Assembly: GCA_963734545.1 (NCBI GenBank)
Contig: CAVTHO010000009.1
Coordinates: 128,001-192,000 of the forward strand
From: an uncultured Spirochaetota bacterium
Lineage (GTDB): Bacteria; Spirochaetota; Spirochaetia; SZUA-6; Fen-1364
DNA length: 64,000 bases
Direction of reading: 5' to 3'
Shown here: one piece after another, positions 1 to 14,208 of the stretch
Layout: every line of letters begins with the position of its first letter
Position numbering within the stretch: the stretch's first letter is position 1
Program-made: the position numbers and the translations under genes
The notes under the pieces: model-generated
Database searches by the model: none
Seen by the model: the letters and a program-made list of their open reading frames with translations, nothing else
What the model was told of the DNA's origin: nothing

Positions 1-1194
1 CCGGTCGACGCCGCGGGAGAGCCGCTCGACTTCGCGATGATGTGGATGGACCGGCGCGCGCGCGAAGAGGCGGATCTCATCTCGGAGTTCTCCGACACGC
101 CCCTGGACGCCTCGTTCTACCTGCCCAAGGCGTACTGGATCATGCGGCACAAGCCGGAGATCTACGAGCGCACGCGCCACTTCCTTCCCTGCGCGGAGTA
201 CGTCTCGCTCTTTCTCACCGGCAATGCGGTGCGCATCGTGCCCACGCAGCTCTTCAAGGACTTCTTCTGGAACGAGGCGGCAATCCCGCGGCTGCACATG
301 GACCAGGACAAGTTCCCGCCGTTCGCGGAGATCGGCGAGCTCCTGGGCACGGTGAGAGCCGAGGCGGAAGAGACCCTTGGAATTCCACAGGGTCTGCCGG
401 TCATCGCGGGCGGTCCTGATTTCATCATGTCCATCCTGGGCACGGCCTGCATCGTGCCGGGAAGAGCGTGCGACAGGGCCGGCACTTCGGAGGGAATCAA
501 CCTGTGCTGGTCGGCTCCGGTGCACGACCGGCGCCTGCTCTGCTTTCCCCACATTGTGCGGGGCGCCTACAATGTGTCCGCCATGATCTCCTCATCGGGC
601 TCCGCCCTCGACTGGGCAGCGCGCACGCTCGGCCATCGGCACGCGGACGTCGACTCGCTGGTCAAGGAAGCGCAGGAGGCGGTGCCGGGTGCGCGGCGGC
701 TCCTCTTCCTCCCGTTCCTCGCTCCGGAGCGTTTTCCTCTCTGGGACCCCGATATACGCAGCGCCTTTCTCGGTCTCAGCCTGGAGCACGGCAAGGCGGA
801 AATGATGCGCGCGGTCGTCGAATCAACCGGCTTCGCGGTGAGAACGGTAGTTGCGGCCATGGAGGCGGACGGCTGCCAGGTGACAGATCTGCGCGTCTCA
901 GGCGGCCTTGCGCGGCTGCCCCTGTGGTGCCAGACGCGGGCAGACATCACGGGCAAGAAGGTGCTCCTTCCCGAGCAGGAAGACTCGGATCTCGTCGGCA
1001 ACGCGTGCGTGGGATTCTACGGCGTGGAGGAGTTCGAAAGCCCCACCGAGGCCGCGGAGAGTCTCGTGAGGTTCAGGAAGACTTTTCATCCCGATCCCGG
1101 CGCGCGCCAGATTTACGATGAGCTCTTTGCCCTGTTCGCGAAAGCCTGCACCGAGCTGGGGGACCTCTTTCGGGGCCTGTCACCGCGCGCATAG
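1..1194 (+). CDS. FGGY-family carbohydrate kinase (xylulokinase-like), 5' end outside window
   Basis: Open frame from window edge; motifs MWMDRRA, AGGPD, AGTS, SGGLA, and C-terminal 'QTRADITGKKV' typical of FGGY kinases. Confidence 0.85.
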   Translation, partial: PVDAAGEPLDFAMMWMDRRAREEADLISEFSDTPLDASFYLPKAYWIMRHKPEIYERTRHFLPCAEYVSLFLTGNAVRIVPTQLFKDFFWNEAAIPRLHMDQDKFPPFAEIGELLGTVRAEAEETLGIPQGLPVIAGGPDFIMSILGTACIVPGRACDRAGTSEGINLCWSAPVHDRRLLCFPHIVRGAYNVSAMISSSGSALDWAARTLGHRHADVDSLVKEAQEAVPGARRLLFLPFLAPERFPLWDPDIRSAFLGLSLEHGKAEMMRAVVESTGFAVRTVVAAMEADGCQVTDLRVSGGLARLPLWCQTRADITGKKVLLPEQEDSDLVGNACVGFYGVEEFESPTEAAESLVRFRKTFHPDPGARQIYDELFALFAKACTELGDLFRGLSPRA

Positions 1195-1216
1195 GCGCGC
1201 GCCGCCCGTCCCGGGC

Positions 1217-2452
1217 TCAGAAATACACTTTCACGTCGAGCGCAACGGAAACGGCCGCAGGCGTGTTGCCGAACTCCGTCCACTTCCCGCCGTGGGCCCA
1301 GTTCACCGTCAGGTCCACCGACGAGTCCTTCACGAACGTCGTGGTGATGCCGCCGCTGCCAAAGAACGAAAGGTCGGTCAGGCTCAGCAGGCAGGATGCC
1401 GTCAGGCCGATCTTGTCGAACACGGGATCTCCATTGTCGGTCACCGTCGGCTGCGTGAGGGAAACGAACAGGTAGTCCGGGGCCTGTCGCCCGGGCCGTC
1501 CGGCCAACTCCCCGGCAAGGACGAGACTGCCCGTGGAGCGCAGGGCCTGGTACACCACGCTCAACTCTCGCCGGGAGAGCCCTTCGGAAAGGTGGTAGTA
1601 CTCTGCAAGGAACGTGGTGCGCACGACAGGGATCTGCGCCGACATGCCTGTCAGGAAGCTGTACGGGAGACCGTGTGCCGTGCCTGTCAGCACGTCGCCG
1701 GGCAGGCCCCCTTCCACAAAGGAGCCATATTTTCCCTTTCCATAGATTGACCCCTCGAACCAGACCTGCAGGGTGTCCCAGCCCGGCACCTCATAGAGGG
1801 GCGCAACCGATGCATTGAGCGCTCCGGTCCAGGACTCGCTCCGGCTCCAGTACCCGGAGAGCGAGAGGTCCGTGCCGGGAATCGCTGACGTGGAGACCTT
1901 GGTGCCAAGGCCGGTCTGGCCCGCCGCGTCGTACAGCACGCCGAAGCTCATGAGCGAGATGGATTTCGTGATGAGCTCCAGCTTGAGCGCAGTGACTCCC
2001 TCCCGTACGGCGCGCATGGCGGTGGGATCTTTCGGCGGATTCACCGGGTCCGAGGGATTGAACACATACCCGGCGCCCCATTTGAGCCTCTGCTTGCCCA
2101 GACGAAGGTAGAGCAGGTCACCGAAGCTGATGTCCGAGTAGAGCTCATTGACCAGGAAGGAAAGCGTCTCCACCTTCGAGTTCGTCAGGTGATCGAGAAC
2201 ATTCGAATCCTGGAAAGTGAAGTCCAGCAGCCCGAGGGTGGTGTACTGCCGGGAAAACGTGAGCTTCCCGTCCACCAGCGCGCCGGCCGTCACCTCGGTG
2301 AAAGGGCCCGGGTAGGCTGATTGCTCGTTCCGGACGTTCATGATGACCTGTCCATCCACGTCGCCGGCGAGCGTGAAGGAGCTCTTCTCCTGGGAGAAGA
2401 GGGAGCCCGCCATGAGGATCATGGCAGCTGACAGAACGATGACGCGTTTCAC
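1217..2452 (-). CDS. Exported protein, probable outer-membrane beta-barrel, last gene of Lol-like ABC operon
   Basis: Signal peptide MKRVIVLSAAMILMAGSLFS; 'RLGKQRLKWG..FNPSD' segment; amphipathic strands; C-terminal aromatic (KVYF). Confidence 0.6.
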   Translation of the reverse strand: MKRVIVLSAAMILMAGSLFSQEKSSFTLAGDVDGQVIMNVRNEQSAYPGPFTEVTAGALVDGKLTFSRQYTTLGLLDFTFQDSNVLDHLTNSKVETLSFLVNELYSDISFGDLLYLRLGKQRLKWGAGYVFNPSDPVNPPKDPTAMRAVREGVTALKLELITKSISLMSFGVLYDAAGQTGLGTKVSTSAIPGTDLSLSGYWSRSESWTGALNASVAPLYEVPGWDTLQVWFEGSIYGKGKYGSFVEGGLPGDVLTGTAHGLPYSFLTGMSAQIPVVRTTFLAEYYHLSEGLSRRELSVVYQALRSTGSLVLAGELAGRPGRQAPDYLFVSLTQPTVTDNGDPVFDKIGLTASCLLSLTDLSFFGSGGITTTFVKDSSVDLTVNWAHGGKWTEFGNTPAAVSVALDVKVYF

Positions 2453-2477
2453 TCTGTAGTCCTCCCGGGTGCGATTT

Positions 2478-3239
2478 TCAGAAGTCGTAGGGGAAGAGTC
2501 TGCCGGACTCCAGGTATTCTTTCGTGAAGAACTGGTCGGGAACGCTCTTCAAGACGGTGATGTCGTAGATGCGCAGGCTGCTCGTGTCCTCCGGCTTGAG
2601 GGCATCCACGTACTTCATGTCGATCACCTTGATGCGCCCGTCCGCAAGCTCGGCGCCCGTGACAGTGTAGTACTTGAGCACTTTTTCAGACACCGCGTAG
2701 AACGCCTTCTTGATGGTCATGCGGGTGGATTTCTCCACCCATTGCTGGACCAGGCTGTAGGCAAGCTTCCGGTTCTTCGCGCGAAGCTCGAACCGATAGC
2801 ACGCCTTGCCGTCGACGGTCTCCTCTCCCTTGTAGCTCACCGTGTAGTCGAGGTTCGTGTTGAAGCGGGTGAGATCGAGATTCGAGGTCTCTCCGCCCCT
2901 CGCATTGGCCGTGGCCGAGGTCTTCACCACCTTGTTGGTGGTCGCGAAGCGCTGGTAAAAGACGTCCTCGTTGCGCAGGAGGGCGAAGTTCTTCTGGGAA
3001 GCGGGCGCCGTGGCCACCCAGACCACCTTGTTGTCCTTGCGCACGAAGAATCCTTCCGTGGCCCGGTCCCCGCCGCTGGCAAAAGTGTCCACGACAGACA
3101 TCCGGGCCTTGCAGTTCACCGGGAGGTTGACGGCGTCCACGGCGTCGATGTACGCGGCGACGTCGCCCTCGGGAAAGCTTTGCGCCGCAAGGGGCAGCGC
3201 GGCCGCGGCGATCAGGACGAGAAACAGGATCCTCTTCAT
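2478..3239 (-). CDS. Outer membrane lipoprotein-sorting protein (LolA-like)
   Basis: Start reassigned to ATG at 3239 (MKRILFLVLIAAAALPLAAQ signal peptide); 'GGETSNLDL', 'YSLVQQWVEK', 'PDQFFTKEYL' resemble the LolA-like family; operon context. Confidence 0.75.
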   Translation of the reverse strand: MKRILFLVLIAAAALPLAAQSFPEGDVAAYIDAVDAVNLPVNCKARMSVVDTFASGGDRATEGFFVRKDNKVVWVATAPASQKNFALLRNEDVFYQRFATTNKVVKTSATANARGGETSNLDLTRFNTNLDYTVSYKGEETVDGKACYRFELRAKNRKLAYSLVQQWVEKSTRMTIKKAFYAVSEKVLKYYTVTGAELADGRIKVIDMKYVDALKPEDTSSLRIYDITVLKSVPDQFFTKEYLESGRLFPYDF

Positions 3240-3267
3240 TGAATTCCTCCGATGGAAATGTCGTGTC

Positions 3268-4485
3268 TCAGCGGTTGGCCATCTGGGCCGCCGCCTGCTG
3301 CTCTGTCTCACGCCCGACCGTGCGGAAGGTGGTTGCGAACAGCAGCAGGAACAAAAGGGCAAGCGGGACGAGCAGGGTCAACCCGTTCAGCGTGAGGCCC
3401 ATGCGGGTCATCCCGAACATGTACTGAAGCATCAGGAGCGGCGGTCTGACGATCCGCGTTTCGAAAATCGCGCTGATCACGCCGACCACGCCGCTGCCCA
3501 GCAGGTACCCGATGAACAGCTCGACAAGGGCCTCTCCGAAAAACAGCATCCGTACCGTTCCCCGGGGAAAACCCAGGGCGCGCAGGGTCCCGATCTCGTC
3601 ACGACGATCGAAGATGTTCGTCAGGATGATCGAGCGGATGCCGATGAGCAGGGCGAGAAAGATGATCATGGCCATGACGCCGAACATGATGATGTTGTTC
3701 GTGCCCAGGCCGAAGAGAAACCGGATGAACTTGTCGTCGCGATAGCCCTTGACCGGAAAATCCTTTACGACGGCGGAGAGATCCTTCACCATGCCGGGAA
3801 TCCCCCGCTCGTCCTTGACGTACACCTTGTAAAAGGGGGAGGCATCGCCCAGCTCGGACATGGTGAGGTAGTCCTGGACCCTGATGGTGATCCCCTCGTC
3901 GTACCACGGCGCGGAGGCCCGATAGATTCCCGTAATCACGAAGTCCATCGCATTGCGGGCGCCGAAGGCCGAAGGGATGAAAACAGTGATGCTGTCCCCG
4001 GTCTTCAGCTTGTACTTGGCTGCCAGCACCGTGGTGATGAGCACACCGTATTCATCCGCGGGTCCGGGGTACGCGCCTGCCACCAGCTCCGTGCCTTTCC
4101 TGTAGGGCTCGTCCGCCTGGAGATCCGTTGCGCTCACCATGACATATGCGCGGGCAGTCCCTGCCTGGATCTCACAATAGCTCAGGACCCAGGGCACCAG
4201 CAGCGCCGTATTGGGACTGGAGGAAAGGTAGTCCCGCGCCGCGCGCGCCTGCGCCGCATAGCTGTCGATGTTTTCCGACTTGAACTCGAAGCCTTCCTTC
4301 TGGGATATCCAGAGATGTCCCGTCCACTTGGCAATGGTGTCTGCCCGTATGTGCGCGGAGGTCCGGGCCCCCAGGGCGAATGCGAACACGAGGACGGCCG
4401 CGCTCAGCGCGCCGGCCGCAATGATAAAGCCGGCCCGCATGGGGCGCTTCATGATATTGTTCACCAGATAGCGGATCAGTTCCAT
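3268..4485 (-). CDS. ABC transporter permease, FtsX/LolE/MacB-like
   Basis: Start MELIRYLVNN at 4485; one N-terminal TM, periplasmic domain, 'DRRDEIGTLRALGF' motif, three C-terminal TMs. Confidence 0.85.
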   Translation of the reverse strand: MELIRYLVNNIMKRPMRAGFIIAAGALSAAVLVFAFALGARTSAHIRADTIAKWTGHLWISQKEGFEFKSENIDSYAAQARAARDYLSSSPNTALLVPWVLSYCEIQAGTARAYVMVSATDLQADEPYRKGTELVAGAYPGPADEYGVLITTVLAAKYKLKTGDSITVFIPSAFGARNAMDFVITGIYRASAPWYDEGITIRVQDYLTMSELGDASPFYKVYVKDERGIPGMVKDLSAVVKDFPVKGYRDDKFIRFLFGLGTNNIIMFGVMAMIIFLALLIGIRSIILTNIFDRRDEIGTLRALGFPRGTVRMLFFGEALVELFIGYLLGSGVVGVISAIFETRIVRPPLLMLQYMFGMTRMGLTLNGLTLLVPLALLFLLLFATTFRTVGRETEQQAAAQMANR

Positions 4486-4490
4486 GGCGG

Positions 4491-5756
4491 CTACCTCTTC
4501 TCCAGGGTGGTCAGGATGGACAGGCGTCCTCCCCGGATGGCGGGGAAGAGGGGGGCCAGCACGGCCACCGCGAGGAATATTCCCCCCACCAGAGCGATCT
4601 TGGCCGCGTGAAATGAGGGGCGGAACCCGTCGCCGATGACGTAGGCAAAAAACGTAAGGCTGTTCTTGACACCGGTGGCATGGAAGAAGGCGATCACGCC
4701 GGCACTTGAAAGGAACCCGAGAATCGCCCCGGCGGCGATGATCAGGAAGCCCTCGAGGGCGAACTGGAGCGTGATGTCCCACCGCGCGAACCCGAGGGCC
4801 CGCATCGTGCCGATTTCGCTGTAGCGCTCCATGATCGAGAACGCAGTGAGCTTCATCACCAGGAGCACGCAGATGGCCAGCAGGATGGACTCCACCGCCT
4901 TCATCATCACGTCGAAACCCAGAACGATCTCGGCGAATATAGGGGCGTACTCGCGCCAGGAGACCACCTTGAGCCGCGGATGGTGTGCCCGCAGCCAGTC
5001 GCCAACCCGGGGCAGGACTTCGTTGGCTGTGCGGGCGTCGTGAAGGAAGCCGACGACCTCGGAGGCGAGGGGCTGCGTGTATCCCACCAGAGTGCGGAAT
5101 CCGGCCAGATCGAAATACAGCCCCGAGAACCCGAAATCGTTCTTGGGCATTGTCCTGAAGTCGATACCTCCTTTGACCGTGACGAACCGATCCACGAACT
5201 CCCCTTCCCGATTGGGCAGCAGGAACACGTAGCGACTGCCGACGTCCACCGTCTTGTCACGCTCGTAGTCCATCCAGGTCGCCGCGCACACGGCGGGTTC
5301 TCCCGCCTCGACGCGGAATCCCTTTGCATAGTACAGGTCGGTGAAATTGCGATCGAATGTCGCCATTTCCATCGCCACTCCCTGGAAGCCTTTCTCCGCA
5401 TCATTTGCGCCAAAGAGAAGGCCGCTGAACACGATCCTCTCCTGGGAGCCGCTCACCTCGGGCAGACCAGCGAGGAACTGCTTCACCGAGGCGATCTCCT
5501 CGGGCTGGAGCATCTCTTCCGGCTCATAGTGGTAGTAGCCGAACGTGTTCTTCGTCTCGATGTCCTTCCCGAGCACCCGGAAATGACCTGAGAAGGACCG
5601 GCCGAACATGTCGGACTGCTTTTGGGAAATATCCTCGCTGATGTTCTCAAAGAGGAAGGTGAGGAAGGACCCGAAAAGGGCGATGAGGAGGAGGACCCGT
5701 GTGCGCCAGCCATGGCGTCCGAGGTTCTTGATGCAGAGCTGGAGCCGCTCCATCAC
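4491..5756 (-). CDS. ABC transporter permease, FtsX/LolC-like
   Basis: 'ERYSEIGTMRALGF' motif; same topology as the neighbouring permease; overlaps the ATPase stop. Confidence 0.85.
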   Translation of the reverse strand: MMERLQLCIKNLGRHGWRTRVLLLIALFGSFLTFLFENISEDISQKQSDMFGRSFSGHFRVLGKDIETKNTFGYYHYEPEEMLQPEEIASVKQFLAGLPEVSGSQERIVFSGLLFGANDAEKGFQGVAMEMATFDRNFTDLYYAKGFRVEAGEPAVCAATWMDYERDKTVDVGSRYVFLLPNREGEFVDRFVTVKGGIDFRTMPKNDFGFSGLYFDLAGFRTLVGYTQPLASEVVGFLHDARTANEVLPRVGDWLRAHHPRLKVVSWREYAPIFAEIVLGFDVMMKAVESILLAICVLLVMKLTAFSIMERYSEIGTMRALGFARWDITLQFALEGFLIIAAGAILGFLSSAGVIAFFHATGVKNSLTFFAYVIGDGFRPSFHAAKIALVGGIFLAVAVLAPLFPAIRGGRLSILTTLEKR

Positions 5757-6430
5757 GCTGCCTCGACCTGGCCGTCGTGCAGACGGATGACGCGCGCGGC
5801 CCGGCGCATGACGCTGGGATCGTGCGAGGAGAAGATGAAAGTCGTGCCCCGGCTCTTGTTGATGCTCTCCATGAGCTGGAGGACCTCGTCTCCCGTGCCT
5901 GAGTCGAGGTTGGCCGTGGGCTCGTCGGCAAGCACGATCAGCGGGTGCGTCACCAGGGCGCGGGCAATTGCCACGCGCTGGCGCTGGCCGCCGGAAAGCT
6001 CGAAGGGCTTGTGACGAAGGTGATCCGCCAGCCCGACTGCGCTCACGAGCTCCATCACGCGCTCGTGCTTCTCCTCCTTCGACAGCTCGCGATGAAGGAT
6101 GAGGGGAAGACGGACGTTCTCATACACGTCGAGCACGGGCAGGAGATTGAAGGACTGGAAGATGAATCCCAGGGTCCTGTTGCGGTACCGGGTGCGGAGG
6201 GCCTCCGACAGCGCCTGGATATCCTCACCTGCCACCTGGACCGTTCCGCCTGTGGGTGAGTCGATCAGGCCGATCATGTTGAGCAGCGTCGTCTTGCCGC
6301 TTCCCGACGGCCCTGCAACGCATACGAAGGAGCCGCTCTTTATGTCCAGGTCTATGCTTTTCAGAGCACGGACAACGGTTTTGCCGAGATGGTAGTCTTT
6401 GGAGAGCTTGCTGATGGTAATTCCGTTCAT
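5753..6430 (-). CDS. ABC transporter ATP-binding protein (LolD/MacB family)
   Basis: Walker A GPSGSGKTT, LSGGQRQRVAIARA, LADEPTANLD, SSHD; RBS AAGGAAGG before ATG 6430. Confidence 0.95.
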   Translation of the reverse strand: MNGITISKLSKDYHLGKTVVRALKSIDLDIKSGSFVCVAGPSGSGKTTLLNMIGLIDSPTGGTVQVAGEDIQALSEALRTRYRNRTLGFIFQSFNLLPVLDVYENVRLPLILHRELSKEEKHERVMELVSAVGLADHLRHKPFELSGGQRQRVAIARALVTHPLIVLADEPTANLDSGTGDEVLQLMESINKSRGTTFIFSSHDPSVMRRAARVIRLHDGQVEAA

Positions 6431-6465
6431 ACAGACCTTCCTTGCCATTAATCAATTTGAATCGT

Positions 6466-6494
6466 AGGCTAATTGTTTAAAGTTTAATTGTCAA
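6466..6494 (-). promoter_or_regulatory. Sigma70-type promoter of the ABC/LolA-like operon
   Basis: Minus strand TTGACA-N17-TAGCCT, inside a very AT-rich stretch (about 6445-6570). Confidence 0.7.
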
Positions 6495-6637
6495 TATCTT
6501 TTAATAAATTAATTTTCTATTGATTTATTTAACCTCTATCTAGCTTTCTAGTCATATTCACTCTTATAACACCAGTCGAATCCCTGTTGTATACCATGCG
6601 GAAGTCGAATTTCATGAGTGTGAAAGGCCGGGCGGAA

Positions 6638-8101
6638 TCAGGTTCTGGGCTGCGGGGTGATGCTGATAACGTGCGCCGCTGACTCGCGCAGAGGTTCGCT
6701 CAGGCGGATATGGATGTCCCTGCCTTCCTCGAACCAGGTAACATAGCTGAGTGAGCCGAGGATCCTGACTCCCGCGTAGGGCAGAAAGCGGAGGGCCGGG
6801 AAGCACGATTGTCCGGCCGGCGGGCGTGCCCAGGAGAATCGCGTAGACGGTCATTCCCTTGCCGGTGTAGCGCACTTCGATGCCCTCTTCGGTGACGCTG
6901 TCGGCATCCCCCCAGGGACGCGTGCCGAATATCGCCTCGCCGTTCACTTTCAGCCAATCCCCGAGCCCCCTCAGCCTTGCCCGCTGCGCCGCGGAGAGTG
7001 AGCCGTCCGCCCCGGGCCCGACGCCGAGCAGCAGATTGCCGCCGCGGGCAACCACGTCCACAAGAAGACGCACCAGCGCGGGGACGGAGAGCATGTTCTC
7101 CTCTTTCTCCTCGGTCGTGCAGCCGAAGGAAAATCCCAGGCCCCGGACGCATTCCCACTTGCCGATGCCTGCGCTCGGGGCAGCCGCGTACTCGAGGGTG
7201 CGGACATCCGCGTGAGCCCCGGGGGGAGCAGCCATGCGCCGCTTCGGCTCCCCGCGGGGCCGGGGAGCAAACAGCCGCGCGAGCGCCATGGCGGCCCGGT
7301 GAGGAATGCTGCGCGATTCACCCAGGTCCGAGTGGCCGAACCTGTCATTGATCACGCCGTCAGGCACCGCGTCATAGTAAAGTGAGAGAAGCTTCCGAAG
7401 GTCCTCGCCCCGGGGACTGCCGATGTCGTTCCAGAGGATCGAAGGCTTGTACCGTGCAATCAGCTCGCGCCAGTGTGCATCCACGTAGGCCGCGTAGCCG
7501 CGCGCCCGCGGGGTTGCGGACACGAGGTCCTCCAGGTTCCGGATGGGTGTTCCTCCGAACGTCCAATCCAGACCGCCTGAATAGTACACGCCCAGGCGCA
7601 GTCCGCTCTCGCGCGCGGCGGAGGCCGTCTCACCTATGATGTCGCGGGAGAGCTGCCAGCCCCGCTTGCGCGGATTGCGCCGGCGCGCGGGCCACATCAG
7701 GAAACCGTCATGGGGCTTTGCCGTGACAACCAGGTAGCGCGCGCGGCACGACAGGATCGGCTCGATCCATGGGAAGGGTCCCAGTCCTTCATCCCCTGCC
7801 GGAATGTCCGTGCAAAGGCGTCATACCGCGCGAGACGGCCCCACTTTGCCCGGTGGTGCTGCTGGGTGGGGCTGCCGGAGATGAGCATGCTGTTGGCGTA
7901 CCATTCGGCGTAAGGGTTGTTGGCGAACCAGTACTCCCAGCCGTGCTCATCGATCACGCGGGGAAGCTCACCCGTGGGCGGCGCCCACGCCGGGACCGCG
8001 TACGGGCCCCAGATGGACGATGATCCCCAGCTTTGCGTCGTCGTACCAGTCCGGCACGGGACGCGCCGCGAACAATTCCAGGCTCACGAGTTGGTGCCCA
8101 T
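6638..8101 (-). CDS. Alpha-L-fucosidase (GH29), split by several frameshifts (probably assembly errors)
   Basis: Pieces in different frames: 'PDWYDDAKLGII', 'NPYAEWY', 'LGVYYSGGLDW', 'ILWNDI', 'KWECVRGLGFSFG', 'VVARGGNLLLGVGP', 'WLKVNGEAIFGTRPW'. Confidence 0.85.
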
Positions 8102-8133
8102 GGGCGGCCTACCGTCCCAGTCTACGGGCCTCC

Positions 8134-8190
8134 CGCCTACGGGCGTGCCGTCGCGTACGTCCCGTACTCGTCGGCCCTCGCCGTCCATGG

Positions 8191-8193
<3 letters not shown>
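8134..8193. repeat. 60-bp double-hairpin dispersed repeat, copy 1 (abuts nifJ TAG stop)
   Basis: cgcctac..gtacgtcccgtac tcgtcggccctc gccgtccatggc ta; homologous to 63745-63804. Confidence 0.65.
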
Positions 8194-11926
<3,733 letters not shown>

Positions 11927-12934
11927 TCACCACTGCTGCTCTGCGATGGCCATGATCTCCCGCGGCGTCGCCGTACCCGTCATGAACAGCTTCTGCACGG
12001 TCACGCCCGCGGCAAAAGTACCGAGCATTGCCGCTTCCCAGGGGTCAGCGCCCGCGGCAAGGCCGGCGGCAATTCCGGCAGTCGCGCTGTCACCTGCTCC
12101 CACGGTATCGACAGGGCCCGGGATCCGAGGCGCGGGCACTTCCTGCGTGCCGCGTGCGTCCTGCACGAGAATGCCGCGCGCGCCGCGCGTGAGAAAGATC
12201 GTTTTTTCCCAGCGTCGGAACAGGATTTCCGCGGCGCGCGCGGCCACGGCCAGGGGAACCGGGTCCGCAGACACCCACCGCTCCCCGCACAGCCTGAGCG
12301 TCTCACGGTCGCTGAGCTTCCGCATCGCCCCCGCGTAGCTGTCGCTGAAGTGTCTGCTGTCGCAGAGGAAAGGGATGGCCGCTCGGGTGGCTGCTGCGGC
12401 AAGCGACTGCCGGAACTCCTCCGTGTGGATGCCCTTCAGGAGCTGCTGGTTGATGATGACCAGGTCGAGGGAGGCAAGCGATTCGCGCAGAGCCCGCAGG
12501 AGATCGCGCGCCGTGTCCGCGTGCAGCACGTTGGCATTTCCGAGATCGATCCTGCCCTGTTCCTGCTCCTCTTCGATGGGCTTGATGTAGACCGGCGTGT
12601 CCCAATCGCGCTCCTGCGCGAGGATCCCGCCGGTGTCCGCTGCCGAAGCGCCGAGGATGCGCAGCATCTCCCGTCCGAATGGATCGCTGCCCGCTATTCC
12701 GAACGCGCTCACGCGCTCCACGCCCATTGCCAGGAGATTGCTCACCACGTTGCCCGCGCCTCCCAGGGAGTAGCGCGGGTGCCGGACCGCACGGGTAGAC
12801 AACCCGGTCTCCACGGAGGTCTCCGAGAGCGACGAATCCATGGTCCAGTATGCATCGAGGCAGAAATCCCCGATCACACCGACACGCGCACGACGGATAT
12901 CGTCGAGAAGCTTTTCCAGGCGGTCTCTTGTCAT
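11927..12934 (-). CDS. PfkB-family sugar kinase (HldE/RfaE kinase-domain-like)
   Basis: Start MTRDRLEK; 'VIGDFCLDAY', 'LGGAGNV', 'TRGARG', 'DTVGAGD'. Confidence 0.85.
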   Translation of the reverse strand: MTRDRLEKLLDDIRRARVGVIGDFCLDAYWTMDSSLSETSVETGLSTRAVRHPRYSLGGAGNVVSNLLAMGVERVSAFGIAGSDPFGREMLRILGASAADTGGILAQERDWDTPVYIKPIEEEQEQGRIDLGNANVLHADTARDLLRALRESLASLDLVIINQQLLKGIHTEEFRQSLAAAATRAAIPFLCDSRHFSDSYAGAMRKLSDRETLRLCGERWVSADPVPLAVAARAAEILFRRWEKTIFLTRGARGILVQDARGTQEVPAPRIPGPVDTVGAGDSATAGIAAGLAAGADPWEAAMLGTFAAGVTVQKLFMTGTATPREIMAIAEQQW

Positions 12935-13049
12935 GCCGGGCCGCAGTTTAGACAAGCCGCGCACCGTCATCAAGGACTGGAAAGGCCAGGGCTCTTCTCT
13001 TATACTGGCGCGTCGCCGCGGCGTTCGCCGATCGAATGAAAGGATGCAA

Positions 13050-14207
13050 ATGGTCGCAACCATCGTTCTGGCACTGTTCTTCGTACTCTTCCCGGCCCTC
13101 ATCATCTGGCTGGGAGAGAAGAGGTTCGCTCTCGTGGACAGGATCGGGGCGGTGGTGATCTGCTACGCGGCAGGGCTCATCCTGGGCAATATCGGGATCC
13201 TGCCGAAGGGGGCCGCCGCGGTGCAGGACATCACCACGACCATCGCGATACCGCTCGCGCTGCCGCTCATGTTTTTCTCTCTGGACGTGGGCGCGTGGGC
13301 GCGCTCCAGCGGCAGGGCGCTTCTCGCGTTCGGGCTGGAAGTCGTTGCGGTCGTCGTCGTTTCCATTGCAGGCTTCTTCGTCTTCAAGGGAGTGATCGGG
13401 CCTGAAACGGCGAAGCTCACGGGGATGCTCAACGGCGTGTACACCGGCGGGACAATCAACCTTGCCGCAATCGGGACAGCCCTCCGGGTGAGCCCCACCC
13501 TCTATGTCGCGGCCAATACATCCGACATCGTGATCTCGGGCCTGTACCTCCTCTTTCTCGTCACGATCGGACAGAGGGCCATCGGTATTCTTCTTCCCGC
13601 CTGGAAGAAATCCGCCGCCGGCCCCGCGCAGATGGCGGTCGAGGAATGGGGCTCGTACAAGGGCTTCTTCTCCCGGGAGAGGTTCCCTCCCCTGGTCGTT
13701 TCATTCGGTCTCGCGCTGCTCATCTTCGCGATCGGCGCGGTCTTCAGCCTGCTCCTGCCGGGACAATGGGGCACGATCGTGACGATCCTGGTCATCACCT
13801 CGCTGGGCATCGCGGCCTCCTTCATCGCGCCGATCCGGCGCATCCGCATGACCTACCAGCTCGGCCACTATTTCATCCTTGTGTTCTGCCTCGTGGTGGG
13901 GTCCATGGCGGACCTGAGCAGGCTCCTTTCGGTGATCCCCGGTGTCATCGGCTATGTCAGCGTGGCGATATTCGGCTCTCTCATTGTGCACCTGCTGCTG
14001 TGCGCGATCTTCCGCATCGACACAGATACGATGATCATTACCTCGGTTGCCGGGATCTGCTCGCCCCCGTTTGTGCCGATGGTGGCAGCAGCGCTCAAGA
14101 ACCGCGACATCATTATGCCGGGTGTCATCACGGGAATCATCGGCTGGGTGACCGGCACGTATCTCGGCATAGGCGTGTCCACCGTCCTTTCCGCGCTGGT
14201 GCATTGA
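13050..14207 (+). CDS. DUF819-family multi-pass membrane protein
   Basis: About 10 TM helices; 'GVYTGGTINLAAI', 'SPPFVPMVAAALKN' segments. Confidence 0.7.
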   Translation: MVATIVLALFFVLFPALIIWLGEKRFALVDRIGAVVICYAAGLILGNIGILPKGAAAVQDITTTIAIPLALPLMFFSLDVGAWARSSGRALLAFGLEVVAVVVVSIAGFFVFKGVIGPETAKLTGMLNGVYTGGTINLAAIGTALRVSPTLYVAANTSDIVISGLYLLFLVTIGQRAIGILLPAWKKSAAGPAQMAVEEWGSYKGFFSRERFPPLVVSFGLALLIFAIGAVFSLLLPGQWGTIVTILVITSLGIAASFIAPIRRIRMTYQLGHYFILVFCLVVGSMADLSRLLSVIPGVIGYVSVAIFGSLIVHLLLCAIFRIDTDTMIITSVAGICSPPFVPMVAAALKNRDIIMPGVITGIIGWVTGTYLGIGVSTVLSALVH

Positions 14208-14208
14208 C

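Noticed and set aside
2971-4611. Long antisense ORFs (e.g. 2971-4611, 16981-18330, 55490-56995, 57513-58787)
   Set aside because: These are shadow frames of real genes in high-GC DNA and show no recognisable motifs.
6445-6610. AT-rich stretch as replication origin
   Set aside because: I saw no clustered DnaA boxes (TTATCCACA) or dnaA/rep gene; it is explained by a promoter region.
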